Below are positions 48,525 to 56,950 of a DNA stretch of 64,000 nucleotides, in pieces (within the stretch, counting starts at the first letter, position 1; each line of letters opens with the position of its first letter). The stretch spans positions 202,253 through 266,252 of the forward strand of contig MWCQ01000001.1 in NCBI GenBank assembly GCA_002070105.1, read 5' to 3'. Source of the DNA: Firmicutes bacterium ADurb.Bin193 (GTDB lineage Bacteria; Bacillota; Clostridia; Monoglobales; Firm-18). The translations under genes were made by a program, and so were the position numbers. The notes beneath the pieces were generated by a model. It saw nothing but the letters and a program-made list of their open reading frames with translations, was not told the DNA's origin and made no database searches.

Positions 48525-49867
48525 CGCCCGCCTTTCCCCGACTTATAATCACCTTCAAGCCGTTTTAATATTTTTTGGGTGGAAAACAGCGCGGTATAGT
48601 TAACCAGAACATATAATACCTCGCTGTCGGTTTTAAGCGCGTCCTCTATTGCCTTTAAAACATCGCCTGTATCTTTTGTATTTTCAAGTCCGGCATACTT
48701 AAAGCGCACCATTACATCACAATGCCTTATTCCGCTTGCTGTAAAGGTTTTCGCCTTTACGTCTTTAAGCCTCTCGAAATCGACATCCCAAATCCATGAA
48801 ATGTCCCTTCCGTCCTGTGCGTTGTCGTTTATGACAACAACGACATCCTTACTTCGCCCGTCACCCGAAACGGATGAAATCGCCTGATTAAAGCCTGCGG
48901 GATTTTTTGAAAGATTAAAAACAACGGGCTTTCCTATGAAAAAGGTTTCCATTCTTCCGACCTGCGGTTTGTATCCTCCGAGCACGCTTTGAAGGTCTTT
49001 AAGCTCTGCACCCGCATGAGACGCCGCGCTGTATGCGGCAAGTATATTATATATGTTATAAAAGCCTCTGTAATCGGCATGTATTCTTCTTCCGTCAACA
49101 TTAAAAGAAAGGCCCTCCGAAATATTTACTTCGGTTGCCTCAAACCTTACTTCGGGGCGGGAAAAGCCGCAGCTCCCGCACCCGTAGTCGCCGAGCTGAC
49201 TGTAATGGTAGAACCTATACGAAAGCTCCTCGCCGCAGAAGGAGCAAAACCTTCCCTCTTTGGTTTCGTTAAGCGAAATGCCGACATCCTCACCTACACC
49301 GAAAAAGACACAGGGATTTCCCGTCTTTTTCCCGAAAGCGGCGACAAGAGGGTCGTCCGCATTTAAGATAAGGGTTATATTCTTCGCCTTTTCGACCGCC
49401 CTTTTAAGGTAGTCGACGGTAATGTCAATCTCACCGTACCTGTCAAGCTGGTCGCGGAAAAGATTTGTTATTATCATACTTTTGGGAATAAAATGGTCAA
49501 AAACCTTTACGGCGGAGATTTCGTCAATCTCAATGCACGCAAAGTCGGCGTCAAGCCTTCCGAAAAGGTCGGCCGATGAGGCAAACGCGGTTACGACACC
49601 TTCAAGCATATTTGCGCCGAGGCTGTTGCACACAACTTTTTTACCCTCAGCCCTCAGCATGGTACATAAAAGGTTGTTGGTCGTCGTCTTCCCGTTTGTT
49701 CCGCAGACGGCAATAATTCCGTCCCGAACCTGACCTGACAGGAATTTCAGAATATTCGGGCAGATTTTAAGGGCAAAGTGGCCGGGTGTGGACGAGCCGC
49801 CCTTACCACCGAGCCTGCCAATCAGAATTAAAAATTTTGTAACCCAAACAGCAATAATTCTCCGCAT
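48515..49867 (-). CDS. murT: lipid II isoglutaminyl synthase, Mur-ligase-like subunit
   Basis: AVCGTNGKTTT P-loop, Cys-rich ribbon CSFCGEEL...CGSCG, and a C-terminal DUF1727-like part. Confidence 0.82.
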   Translation of the reverse strand: MRRIIAVWVTKFLILIGRLGGKGGSSTPGHFALKICPNILKFLSGQVRDGIIAVCGTNGKTTTNNLLCTMLRAEGKKVVCNSLGANMLEGVVTAFASSADLFGRLDADFACIEIDEISAVKVFDHFIPKSMIITNLFRDQLDRYGEIDITVDYLKRAVEKAKNITLILNADDPLVAAFGKKTGNPCVFFGVGEDVGISLNETKEGRFCSFCGEELSYRFYHYSQLGDYGCGSCGFSRPEVRFEATEVNISEGLSFNVDGRRIHADYRGFYNIYNILAAYSAASHAGAELKDLQSVLGGYKPQVGRMETFFIGKPVVFNLSKNPAGFNQAISSVSGDGRSKDVVVVINDNAQDGRDISWIWDVDFERLKDVKAKTFTASGIRHCDVMVRFKYAGLENTKDTGDVLKAIEDALKTDSEVLYVLVNYTALFSTQKILKRLEGDYKSGKGGRWE

Positions 49868-49888
49868 TGTATTTATCCTGCTTTTTCT

Positions 49889-49946
49889 TTGAATTAATAT
49901 TACGCTCCGGCGAAAATGAATTCCGCCTGCGTTTTTCTGAATTAAT
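49889..49946. repeat. solitary copy of the 44-bp hairpin repeat core, bracketed by GAATTAAT direct repeats
   Basis: TTGAATTAATATTACGCTCCGGCGAAAATGAATTCCGCCTGCG matches units at 50737 and 50832. The 8-mer GAATTAAT occurs at 49891-49898 and 49939-49946. Confidence 0.7.
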
Positions 49947-50056
49947 TTAAAATTATTTGTATAATATTTGAATTAGGGGGGATAATTACTAATGACCTCA
50001 CAAAATACATCTGCTAATCCAACGATTAGTATGATACCCCCTTTATTTCGCGGCGA

Positions 50057-50626
50057 CTATTTCGCCGCACTTTTTTTGTTCCAAACGCTTACGGATACCG
50101 GCATAAGCAGGTCACCAATCTTTGAAAGCGGGTAGTATATCACCATTGTAATTGCAAAATCAACAAGATGGTGAAGCGATGTCCCGACACCTATTATAAT
50201 CTGAACAAACTGCATTGTATAACCTCCGATAATTGCGGTTTGCCCAAACAGCTTGAAAAGCAGATATACTATCAGCATATCGCTTGCAGAATGCAAAATC
50301 ATAGTTGCGAAAATTACCAGATAAAGATTAAACCGCTTTTTAATCATGTATGAGCCTATCGCAACGAAAAACACATGCATTGCGGCACGCGCCGCCACAA
50401 CAGGACCGATTGGGCCCATAGCAAAAAAGAAACCCAACGCAGAGCCCAGTGCAACCGAAATTGCTGCGGCGGGATTTATAAACATGGCGAGAATCAGCGG
50501 AACATGGGATGCAAATGTTGCGGTAAAAGGCGGTAATACTATCTTTAACGGAACAATGAGCGGTATTATTACCGCAATAGAGGTAAGCAGAGCTGTCATT
50601 ACCAGTTCACTTGTTTTCGTTCTCAT
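50057..50626 (-). CDS. ECF-transporter S-component-like membrane protein (substrate unknown)
   Basis: About 190 aa with 5-6 TM segments. MRTKTSELVMTALLTSIAVIIPL resembles S-component N-termini. I moved the start to ATG 50626. Confidence 0.6.
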   Translation of the reverse strand: MRTKTSELVMTALLTSIAVIIPLIVPLKIVLPPFTATFASHVPLILAMFINPAAAISVALGSALGFFFAMGPIGPVVAARAAMHVFFVAIGSYMIKKRFNLYLVIFATMILHSASDMLIVYLLFKLFGQTAIIGGYTMQFVQIIIGVGTSLHHLVDFAITMVIYYPLSKIGDLLMPVSVSVWNKKSAAK

Positions 50627-50669
50627 AATATAATCTTCCCCTTTTTTCGAATTGATTAACATTAATTTT

Positions 50670-50877
50670 CGCTCGCGCGGCGAGCGGTTGCGTTCGGGAA
50701 AGCGCTTCGCGCCCGAACGCTTTTATTTGAATTGATTTCACGCTCCGGCGAAAATGAATTCCGCCTGCGCTTACGCTCGCGCGGCGAGCGGTTGCGTTCG
50801 GGAAAGCGCTTCGCGCCCGAACGCTTTTATTTGAATTAATATCACGCTCCGGCGGAAATGAATCCCGCCTGCGCCTT
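50670..50877. repeat. two tandem 104-bp GC-rich hairpin repeat units
   Basis: Unit 1 is 50670-50773 and unit 2 is 50774-50877. They are identical over the first ~70 nt, with a few substitutions afterwards. Each unit carries three hairpins. Confidence 0.85.
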
Positions 50878-50897
50878 GGTTTTTATATCATATATTT

Positions 50898-50930
50898 TAA
50901 AAAACCGACGGTATAAGCCGTCTGTTTTTT
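50898..50930 (-). terminator. bidirectional intrinsic terminator after the DtxR-family gene
   Basis: AAAAAACCGACGG-TATAAG-CCGTCTGTTTTTT: a stem flanked by an A-run and a T-run. Confidence 0.65.
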
Positions 50931-50957
50931 GTGTTTAAACACCATCCGTCCCAAGCT

Positions 50958-51344
50958 CTATCCGAGTATCCTTGCGACATACTCGCCCAGGCGTTTAATG
51001 GTCGTTTCGCTCATACAATGTTCCATACGGCATGCCTCTTTTTCGGCGGCTTCCTCGTCCACACCGATAATATCCGTAAGAAATTTTTTTATGAGGGTGT
51101 GTCTGTGCAGCACATTTTTAGCAAGATTTATACCCTTATCGGTAAGCTTAATTTCACTGTAAAGCTCATGCTCCACAAGATCCTGCGCCTTAAGGGTATT
51201 GATGGCACGGTTAACGCTCGGCTTTGAAACACAAAGCTCTGCCGCAATGTCCGTTGTCCTGACAAAGCCGTTTTTAAGCTGAAGATTATATATCATTTCG
51301 AGATAGTCCTCAGACGACGGAGAAATCCCGTTTTTTGCAGACAC
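50958..51344 (-). CDS. DtxR/MntR family metal-dependent transcriptional regulator
   Basis: SSEDYLEMIY...RTTDIAAELCVSKPSVNRAI (wHTH)...HRHTLIKKFL. I moved the start to GTG 51344, which lies 8 nt after AAGGGGGG. Confidence 0.78.
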   Translation of the reverse strand: MSAKNGISPSSEDYLEMIYNLQLKNGFVRTTDIAAELCVSKPSVNRAINTLKAQDLVEHELYSEIKLTDKGINLAKNVLHRHTLIKKFLTDIIGVDEEAAEKEACRMEHCMSETTIKRLGEYVARILG

Positions 51345-51420
51345 GCGAAAGGCCCCCCTTTTTAGCTTTTTATTATAATACCACATAAGGAACATTTTTG
51401 CAAGGTAAGAAATTTTATAC

Positions 51421-51449
51421 TTGATTTTACGACAAAAAAACTATATAAT
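51421..51449 (+). promoter_or_regulatory. sigma-A promoter for metK
   Basis: TTGATT, 17-nt spacer, TATAAT (51444-51449). Confidence 0.55.
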
Positions 51450-51502
51450 TGGTAAATATACCAGGAAATTTTGTTTTCCCAATGCGAAAGGAATGATCGG
51501 CT

Positions 51503-52675
51503 TTGAAAAAGTTTTTTACATCGGAATCCGTTACGGAGGGGCATCCCGACAAGATTTGCGATGCAATTGCGGATGCGGTTTTGGACGAGCTTCTTTCGCT
51601 TGATAAATATGCGAGAGTTGCCTGTGAGGTTTCATGCACTACCGGCCTCGTTTTTGTTATGGGTGAAATTACGACAAGCTGTTATATCGATATACAGAAA
51701 ATTGTGCGCAATACCGTGCGTGAAATAGGCTATGACAGGGCAAAGTACGGCTTTGACTGCGATACCTGCGCCGTCATTACCTCGATAAACGAACAGTCCC
51801 CCGACATTGCGCTCGGTGTGGACAAGTCCCTTGAATGTAAGCTTGGCGAGTGCGAGGGCGAAAGCACGGGTGCGGGCGACCAGGGTATGGTTTTCGGATA
51901 TGCCTGTGACGAAACGGAGGAGCTTATGCCCCTTCCTATTTCGCTTGCCCACACTTTGGCAAGACGCCTTGCGCAGGTTCGGAAGGAAAAAATCCTCGGC
52001 TACCTTCGCCCCGACGGAAAGACGCAGGTTACCGTAGAGTATGACGGCGATACTCCCGTCAGGGTCGACACCGTTGTCGTGTCCGCACAGCACGGCGAGA
52101 ATGTCGATTATGAAACAATAAAGCGTGATATTATCGAAAAGGTTATTAAGCATACAATCCCCGAAAGCCTTATAGACGACAATACGAAGTATTTTATAAA
52201 CCCCACGGGGAAATTCGTTATAGGCGGGCCGAGCGGAGATTCGGGCCTTACCGGACGAAAAATTATTGTTGATACCTACGGCGGCTTCGCACGCCACGGC
52301 GGAGGCGCATTTTCGGGGAAGGACCCGACAAAGGTTGACAGAAGCGCAAGCTATGCCGCAAGGTATATCGCCAAAAACATCGTTGCGGCGGGTCTTGCCA
52401 AAAGATGTGAAATTCAGATTGCCTATGCCATCGGCGTTGCAAAGCCCGTTAGTGTTGTTATCGAAGCCTTCGGGACGGAAACCATTCCTGTTTCCGAAAT
52501 TCAAAAAAGGGTGCTTAAGGTTTTTGACCTTCGCCCTGAGGGAATTATAAATATGCTTGACCTTCGACGACCGATTTATAAAAAGACAGCCGCCTACGGA
52601 CATTTCGGCAGGACGGATATTGACCTTCCGTGGGAGAGGTGCGACAAAGCCGACCTTTTGAAGCAGTCGTATTAA
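51503..52675 (+). CDS. metK: S-adenosylmethionine synthetase
   Basis: [47 protein letters not shown] start. Confidence 0.95.
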   Translation: MKKFFTSESVTEGHPDKICDAIADAVLDELLSLDKYARVACEVSCTTGLVFVMGEITTSCYIDIQKIVRNTVREIGYDRAKYGFDCDTCAVITSINEQSPDIALGVDKSLECKLGECEGESTGAGDQGMVFGYACDETEELMPLPISLAHTLARRLAQVRKEKILGYLRPDGKTQVTVEYDGDTPVRVDTVVVSAQHGENVDYETIKRDIIEKVIKHTIPESLIDDNTKYFINPTGKFVIGGPSGDSGLTGRKIIVDTYGGFARHGGGAFSGKDPTKVDRSASYAARYIAKNIVAAGLAKRCEIQIAYAIGVAKPVSVVIEAFGTETIPVSEIQKRVLKVFDLRPEGIINMLDLRRPIYKKTAAYGHFGRTDIDLPWERCDKADLLKQSY

Positions 52676-52712
52676 ATTATTTTTTACCAAATAATAATCG
52701 GCGTCTGCCGAT

Positions 52713-54902
52713 ATGAAAGCGGAGATTTCGATGACCTATACCGAACAACCGATTACAAAAACGCTTGAGCAAAACTACATGCCCTACGCGATGAGCGTTA
52801 TAATTTCGCGTGCGATACCCGAAATAGACGGGTTAAAGCCCTCTCACAGGAAGCTCCTTTATACCATGTATAAGATGGGGCTTTTATCCGGCAACCGCAC
52901 AAAATCCGCAAATGTTGTAGGTCAGACAATGAAGCTAAACCCCCACGGCGACCAGGCGATTTATGAAACGCTTGTCCGTCTTACAAGGGGGAACGAGGCG
53001 CTTTTGCATCCGCTTGTTGACAGCAAGGGGAACTTCGGAAAACAGTATTCGCGGGATATGGCGTACGCCGCATCAAGATATACCGAGGTTAAGCTTGACC
53101 CGATATGCGAGGAAATTTTCGGCGACATCGACAAGAACACGGTTGACTTTATCGACAACTACGACGGAACAATGAAGGAGCCTGTTCTTCTTCCCGTCCG
53201 TTTCCCCAATATACTCGTAAACCCGAATCAGGGTATAGCGGTCGGAGTGGCATCGAATTTATGCAGTTTTAATCTTAAAGAGGTTTGCGACACTACAATC
53301 GCCTACCTTAAAAACCCCAATACCGACATTGCCAAAACCCTTCTTGCCCCCGACTTTTCCACGGGCGGTGAGCTTATATACGACGAAAACGAAATTCGCG
53401 AAATATACCAAACGGGCAGGGGCAGTATAAAGGTACGGGCAAAATATACATACGATAAAAAGAATAACTGCATCGACATTACGGAAATTCCATACACAAC
53501 CACGGTTGAAGCGATTATTGACAAAATCATCGAACTTATAAAGCAGGGCAAAGTCCGTGAGATAAGCGACATCCGTGACGAAACCGACCTTAACGGACTT
53601 AAAATTACAATTGACCTTAAAAGAGGCACCGACGCCGAAAAACTTATGGCGCGTCTTTATAAAATTACGCCGCTAATGGACACATACGGCTGTAATTTTA
53701 ACATACTGTCGGGCAATACGCCGAAGGTTCTGGGCATCAGCGGGATACTTGACGAGTGGGTCAGGTTCAGAACGAACTGTATAAAAAGACAGCTTGAATA
53801 TGATATAAACAAGAAGAGCGAAAAGCTCCATCTTCTTATGGGGCTTGAAAAATTATTGCTCGACATTGACAAGGCAATCAAGATTATCCGCGAGACGGAG
53901 CTTGAAGCCCAGGTTGTCCAAAACCTTATGCAGGGCTTTGACATTGACGAGGTTCAGGCGGAGTATATTGCCGAAATAAAACTTAGGAATATCAACAAGG
54001 AGTATATCTTAAAAAGAACTCAGGATATTGAGGACCTTATCGACGAAATCGCAAGGCTTCGCGCAACCCTCGGCGACGGCAATAAAATTAAGGAGCTTAT
54101 CGCGAGCCAGTTAAAGGAGATATCGAAAAAATACGGCGTACCGAGGCGCACCGCAATAGTATCTCCCGATGAAATCGTGCAGTATGAGCAGGAGCAGTAT
54201 ATTGAGGATTATAACCTTAAAATTTTCCTTACAAAGGACGGCTATCTGAAAAAGATATCCCATGTTTCCCTTCGCGCCGCTTCGGAGCATAAGCTTAAGG
54301 AGGGCGACGAAATCGTCAGCGAATTTGACACCACAAACAAGTCGGAAATTCTTGTGTTTACGGACAAATGTACGGTTTACAAGGCTAAGACCTATGAAAT
54401 AAACGACTGCAAGGCAAGCCTTCTCGGCGAATACCTGCCCGGCGTTTTGAATATGGACGAGGGCGAAAGGGTCGTCGGCATTGCCGTTACTACCGACTAC
54501 AAGGGCTACATTCTGTTTTGCTTTGAAAACGGAAAAATGTCAAAGGTAAGTATTGAAAGCTATGCCACAAAGCTAAACCGCAAAAAGCTTACCAACGCAT
54601 ACGGCGGGGCTTCAAGGCTTGTAAAGCTGTTTCACTTTACAGAGGACATTGACCTTGCAGCCGTGTCGAGCATCGGTAAGGTTCTTGTTTTCAACACATC
54701 AAGCATTTCGCTTAAATCAACCCGCGCGTCACAGGGCGTAAGCGTTATGACCCTTAAAAAATCCGCTGTATTAAAGGATGTAAAGCGTGTCGAGGATATG
54801 GGCCTTTCGGATGTGAAATATTATAAAACAAAGAATATCCCCGCCGCAGGCTGTTTCCTCCGCCCCGAGGATTCCAAAACGAAACAGACCTCACTTTTTT
54901 AG
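52713..54902 (+). CDS. type IIA topoisomerase A subunit (ParC/GyrA-like)
   Basis: YMPYAMSVIISRAIPEIDGLKPSHRKLLY and AASRYTE (catalytic Tyr). 729 aa. An alternative start at ATG 52731 has a better RBS (GGAG plus 7 nt). Confidence 0.85.
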   Translation: MKAEISMTYTEQPITKTLEQNYMPYAMSVIISRAIPEIDGLKPSHRKLLYTMYKMGLLSGNRTKSANVVGQTMKLNPHGDQAIYETLVRLTRGNEALLHPLVDSKGNFGKQYSRDMAYAASRYTEVKLDPICEEIFGDIDKNTVDFIDNYDGTMKEPVLLPVRFPNILVNPNQGIAVGVASNLCSFNLKEVCDTTIAYLKNPNTDIAKTLLAPDFSTGGELIYDENEIREIYQTGRGSIKVRAKYTYDKKNNCIDITEIPYTTTVEAIIDKIIELIKQGKVREISDIRDETDLNGLKITIDLKRGTDAEKLMARLYKITPLMDTYGCNFNILSGNTPKVLGISGILDEWVRFRTNCIKRQLEYDINKKSEKLHLLMGLEKLLLDIDKAIKIIRETELEAQVVQNLMQGFDIDEVQAEYIAEIKLRNINKEYILKRTQDIEDLIDEIARLRATLGDGNKIKELIASQLKEISKKYGVPRRTAIVSPDEIVQYEQEQYIEDYNLKIFLTKDGYLKKISHVSLRAASEHKLKEGDEIVSEFDTTNKSEILVFTDKCTVYKAKTYEINDCKASLLGEYLPGVLNMDEGERVVGIAVTTDYKGYILFCFENGKMSKVSIESYATKLNRKKLTNAYGGASRLVKLFHFTEDIDLAAVSSIGKVLVFNTSSISLKSTRASQGVSVMTLKKSAVLKDVKRVEDMGLSDVKYYKTKNIPAAGCFLRPEDSKTKQTSLF

Positions 54903-55053
54903 TGGGGAGTTTTGTGGGGGAATATAGGTTGGAGTATGGTGATAATGAGTCAACTATATTCAAAATTTCATTTCCTCCCTCACCCACACAATCTATCACC
55001 AAAACATACTCTCCCGCATAGTATGTAGCAAATACTATAAAGGAGGGTTTTTT

Positions 55054-55188
55054 ATGGGATGCAACAACAACTGCGGCATATTTGGGGGTAACAATGACTG
55101 GGTCTGGGTTATAATCGTTATTGTTATATTTTTATGTTTGTGCGACAACGGAATTTTTGGCAATGACTGTGACAGAGACCGCTGCTGA
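55054..55188 (+). CDS. 44-aa Cys/Asn/Gly-rich single-TM peptide (not in the ORF track)
   Basis: AAAGGAGGG lies 6 nt before the ATG. Translation: MGCNNNCGIFGGNNDWVWVIIVIVIFLCLCDNGIFGNDCDRDRC. Confidence 0.55.
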   Translation: MGCNNNCGIFGGNNDWVWVIIVIVIFLCLCDNGIFGNDCDRDRC

Positions 55189-55315
55189 TAAAAATTGCGT
55201 ATTGAAAACGCCGGTTTTCTTAAATGGTATGGTCACCGTTTGAAGCGCATAATAGGAAGGTTTTTAACATAGAAAATGATTTGATAAAACCAAAAAATTG
55301 CCGTACATCGATGGT

Positions 55316-55438
55316 GCTGTATCACAATTCGGAACGGCCCTGACCGTTCCCTACATATTTGTGTTGAAAAATAATATAAACGCAAATTTATTGTAGGGGT
55401 AGGTCCTCTGCCATCCGAATCTGTTGTTGTGATACAGC
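55316..55438. repeat. long imperfect inverted repeat (about 40-nt arms, 36-nt AT-rich loop)
   Basis: Left arm 55316-55355, right arm 55392-55438. Paired blocks: GCTGTATCACA/TGTGATACAGC (11 bp), ATTCGGA/TCCGAAT (7 bp), CCCTACA/TGTAGGG (7 bp). Confidence 0.7.
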
Positions 55439-55457
55439 TCATCATTTTTTAGATTGC

Positions 55458-55982
55458 TTAATAAAAAAACAGGCGGGTTATATATACGCTTGTTAGCATT
55501 GCCACAAGGTCGGCGAGCAGCGCCGCCTTTACCGTATAGCGTGTATCCTTTACATTTACACAGCCGAAATATATTGCAAGGGTATAAAAGGTTGTTTCGG
55601 TGGAGCCCATCATAATCGACGCAACCCTTCCCTGAAAGGAATCGGGCCCGTAATTTGACAGAATATCTTTAACTATCGCAAGGGAGCCGCTTCCCGATAT
55701 GGGGCGCATAAACGCAAGCGGCGCAAGCTCCTTCGGAAAACGGACAAGCTCTAATACCGGTGAAAGAAAATCCGTCATAATTCCGAGCGCGCCCGATGCC
55801 CGAAACATTGTTATAGCAGTAAGAAGGGCAACAAGCGACGGAAGGATACGAAAGCTTGTTTCAAGCCCGTCCTTCGCCCCCAACACGAAGCTTTCAAAAA
55901 TTTTCACCCTTTTTATAAAGCCGAACAGTATTATCCCGAAAAACATTAGCGGAACGATTGCCGCAGATATATATCCCATCAT
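55458..55982 (-). CDS. spmB: spore maturation protein B
   Basis: Nucleoside-recognition (Gate) type membrane protein. I moved the start to ATG 55982, which overlaps the spmA stop (ATGA). Confidence 0.82.
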   Translation of the reverse strand: MMGYISAAIVPLMFFGIILFGFIKRVKIFESFVLGAKDGLETSFRILPSLVALLTAITMFRASGALGIMTDFLSPVLELVRFPKELAPLAFMRPISGSGSLAIVKDILSNYGPDSFQGRVASIMMGSTETTFYTLAIYFGCVNVKDTRYTVKAALLADLVAMLTSVYITRLFFY

Positions 55983-56551
55983 AGCGCATCCCTCAGTGCA
56001 AATATTTTTGCCGCGCCGCACCCTGCAATAAGCGTGAGTATGCTTACTATCCATACGGGCACGATTATTTCAAACGGGTTTTGTGCGCCCTGCCTGAGCG
56101 CAATTACCGTGGAGGGTATAAGCTGAAACGATGCCGTATTGATTACGGCGAACATACACATTTCATGGCTTGCCACAGGGCTTTTGTTAATTCTCGAAAG
56201 CTCCTTCATCGCCTTAAGCCCCAACGGCGTAGCGGCGTTTGCCATTCCGAAAATATTTGCTACGATATTCATAACTATTGCATCCGCCGCCTCGCTTTTT
56301 GGGGGGATTTTCGGAAACAAAAGCCTTGTCACAGGACGCATAAGGCGGGCAAGCATATCCACAGCTCCGCTTTCCCTCGCTATTTCCATAATTCCGGACC
56401 AAAGACATATTACCCCTAAAAGCGACAGCATCATGGTAACAGCCTGCGCCGCTCCGTCCATTGCCGCACTTGCAACCGCCTCAAGCCGTCCCGTAGCAAA
56501 TGCCGTGACAAGGGATATGAGCATAAGCCCGCCCCATATGTAGTTAATCAC
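55979..56551 (-). CDS. spmA: spore maturation protein A
   Basis: MINYIWGGLMLISLV... is the typical SpmA N-terminus. The gene is paired with spmB. Confidence 0.82.
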   Translation of the reverse strand: MINYIWGGLMLISLVTAFATGRLEAVASAAMDGAAQAVTMMLSLLGVICLWSGIMEIARESGAVDMLARLMRPVTRLLFPKIPPKSEAADAIVMNIVANIFGMANAATPLGLKAMKELSRINKSPVASHEMCMFAVINTASFQLIPSTVIALRQGAQNPFEIIVPVWIVSILTLIAGCGAAKIFALRDAL

Positions 56552-56666
56552 GACGACTCCTCCCGTTTTTGTAATGATTAATGGAATGAAATTCTTTTTG
56601 TCCCTTAATTGTATATATGAGAAATATTAAAATTTGATTACAGCAAAAAAAATTTACCCGTAAATG

Positions 56667-56695
56667 TTGACTTATTTTGGAAACAATGATAAAAT
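56667..56695 (+). promoter_or_regulatory. strong sigma-A promoter with extended -10
   Basis: TTGACT (56667-56672), 17-nt spacer ending in TGA, TAAAAT (56690-56695). Confidence 0.6.
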
Positions 56696-56697
56696 AT

Positions 56698-56704
56698 TGT
56701 CGAA
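56698..56704 (+). promoter_or_regulatory. Spo0A-box consensus at the predicted transcription start
   Basis: Exact TGTCGAA heptamer 3 nt downstream of the -10 hexamer. Confidence 0.4.
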
Positions 56705-56950
56705 GTGAGTAAACAGATTAAAAGCGATAGAATTTCTATCGACAGAAGGTCTGTAATCATCGGGAGTTTATGAGTATTCGGTTAAGCCGTAATTTATTCT
56801 TACCCTGGTACCTGTCTTAATGATTACACCGGCAAACAGTCTTATAGCTATTTCTCATGACAACATGGTTTATGCCTGATTCTGCTTCTATCGCTGTATC
56901 TGCCATAGTCCCGGTTTTCGGCTGTTAGGCGATAAAAACACTCACCTTTT
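56703..56950 (+). ncRNA. candidate structured non-coding RNA, or a long structured leader of abrB; family not recognised
   Basis: No credible ORF. Collinear long-range helices: 56705-10/56940-45, 56714-18/56898-902, 56723-32/56886-95. Internal helices: 56752-60/56820-28 and 56831-37/56868-76. A T5 run follows the closing helix. Confidence 0.35.

Noticed and set aside
50670-50877. Possible CRISPR array
   Set aside because: There are only two directly abutting 104-bp units with no unique spacers between them. No cas genes are present. The unit is far longer than CRISPR repeats.
51396-51502. SAM (S-box or SMK-box) riboswitch upstream of metK
   Set aside because: The predicted leader is only about 47 nt after the promoter. 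There is no S-box consensus and no convincing SD-sequestering SMK-like helix.
51632-52690. 352-aa minus-strand ORF
   Set aside because: It is fully antisense to metK, whose translation carries every canonical MetK motif. No RBS or recognisable domain.
55233-55445. 70-aa minus-strand ORF
   Set aside because: It lies entirely within the long inverted repeat and AT-rich loop. It has no RBS, and its sequence composition is implausible for a protein.
56801-56815. T-box-like CCCTGGTACC element suggesting a T-box leader
   Set aside because: Only TGGTACC matches the T-box consensus (GGGTGGTACCGCG). There is no specifier-loop, AG-bay or GNUGGNA element. The downstream gene (abrB) is not an amino-acid-related gene.
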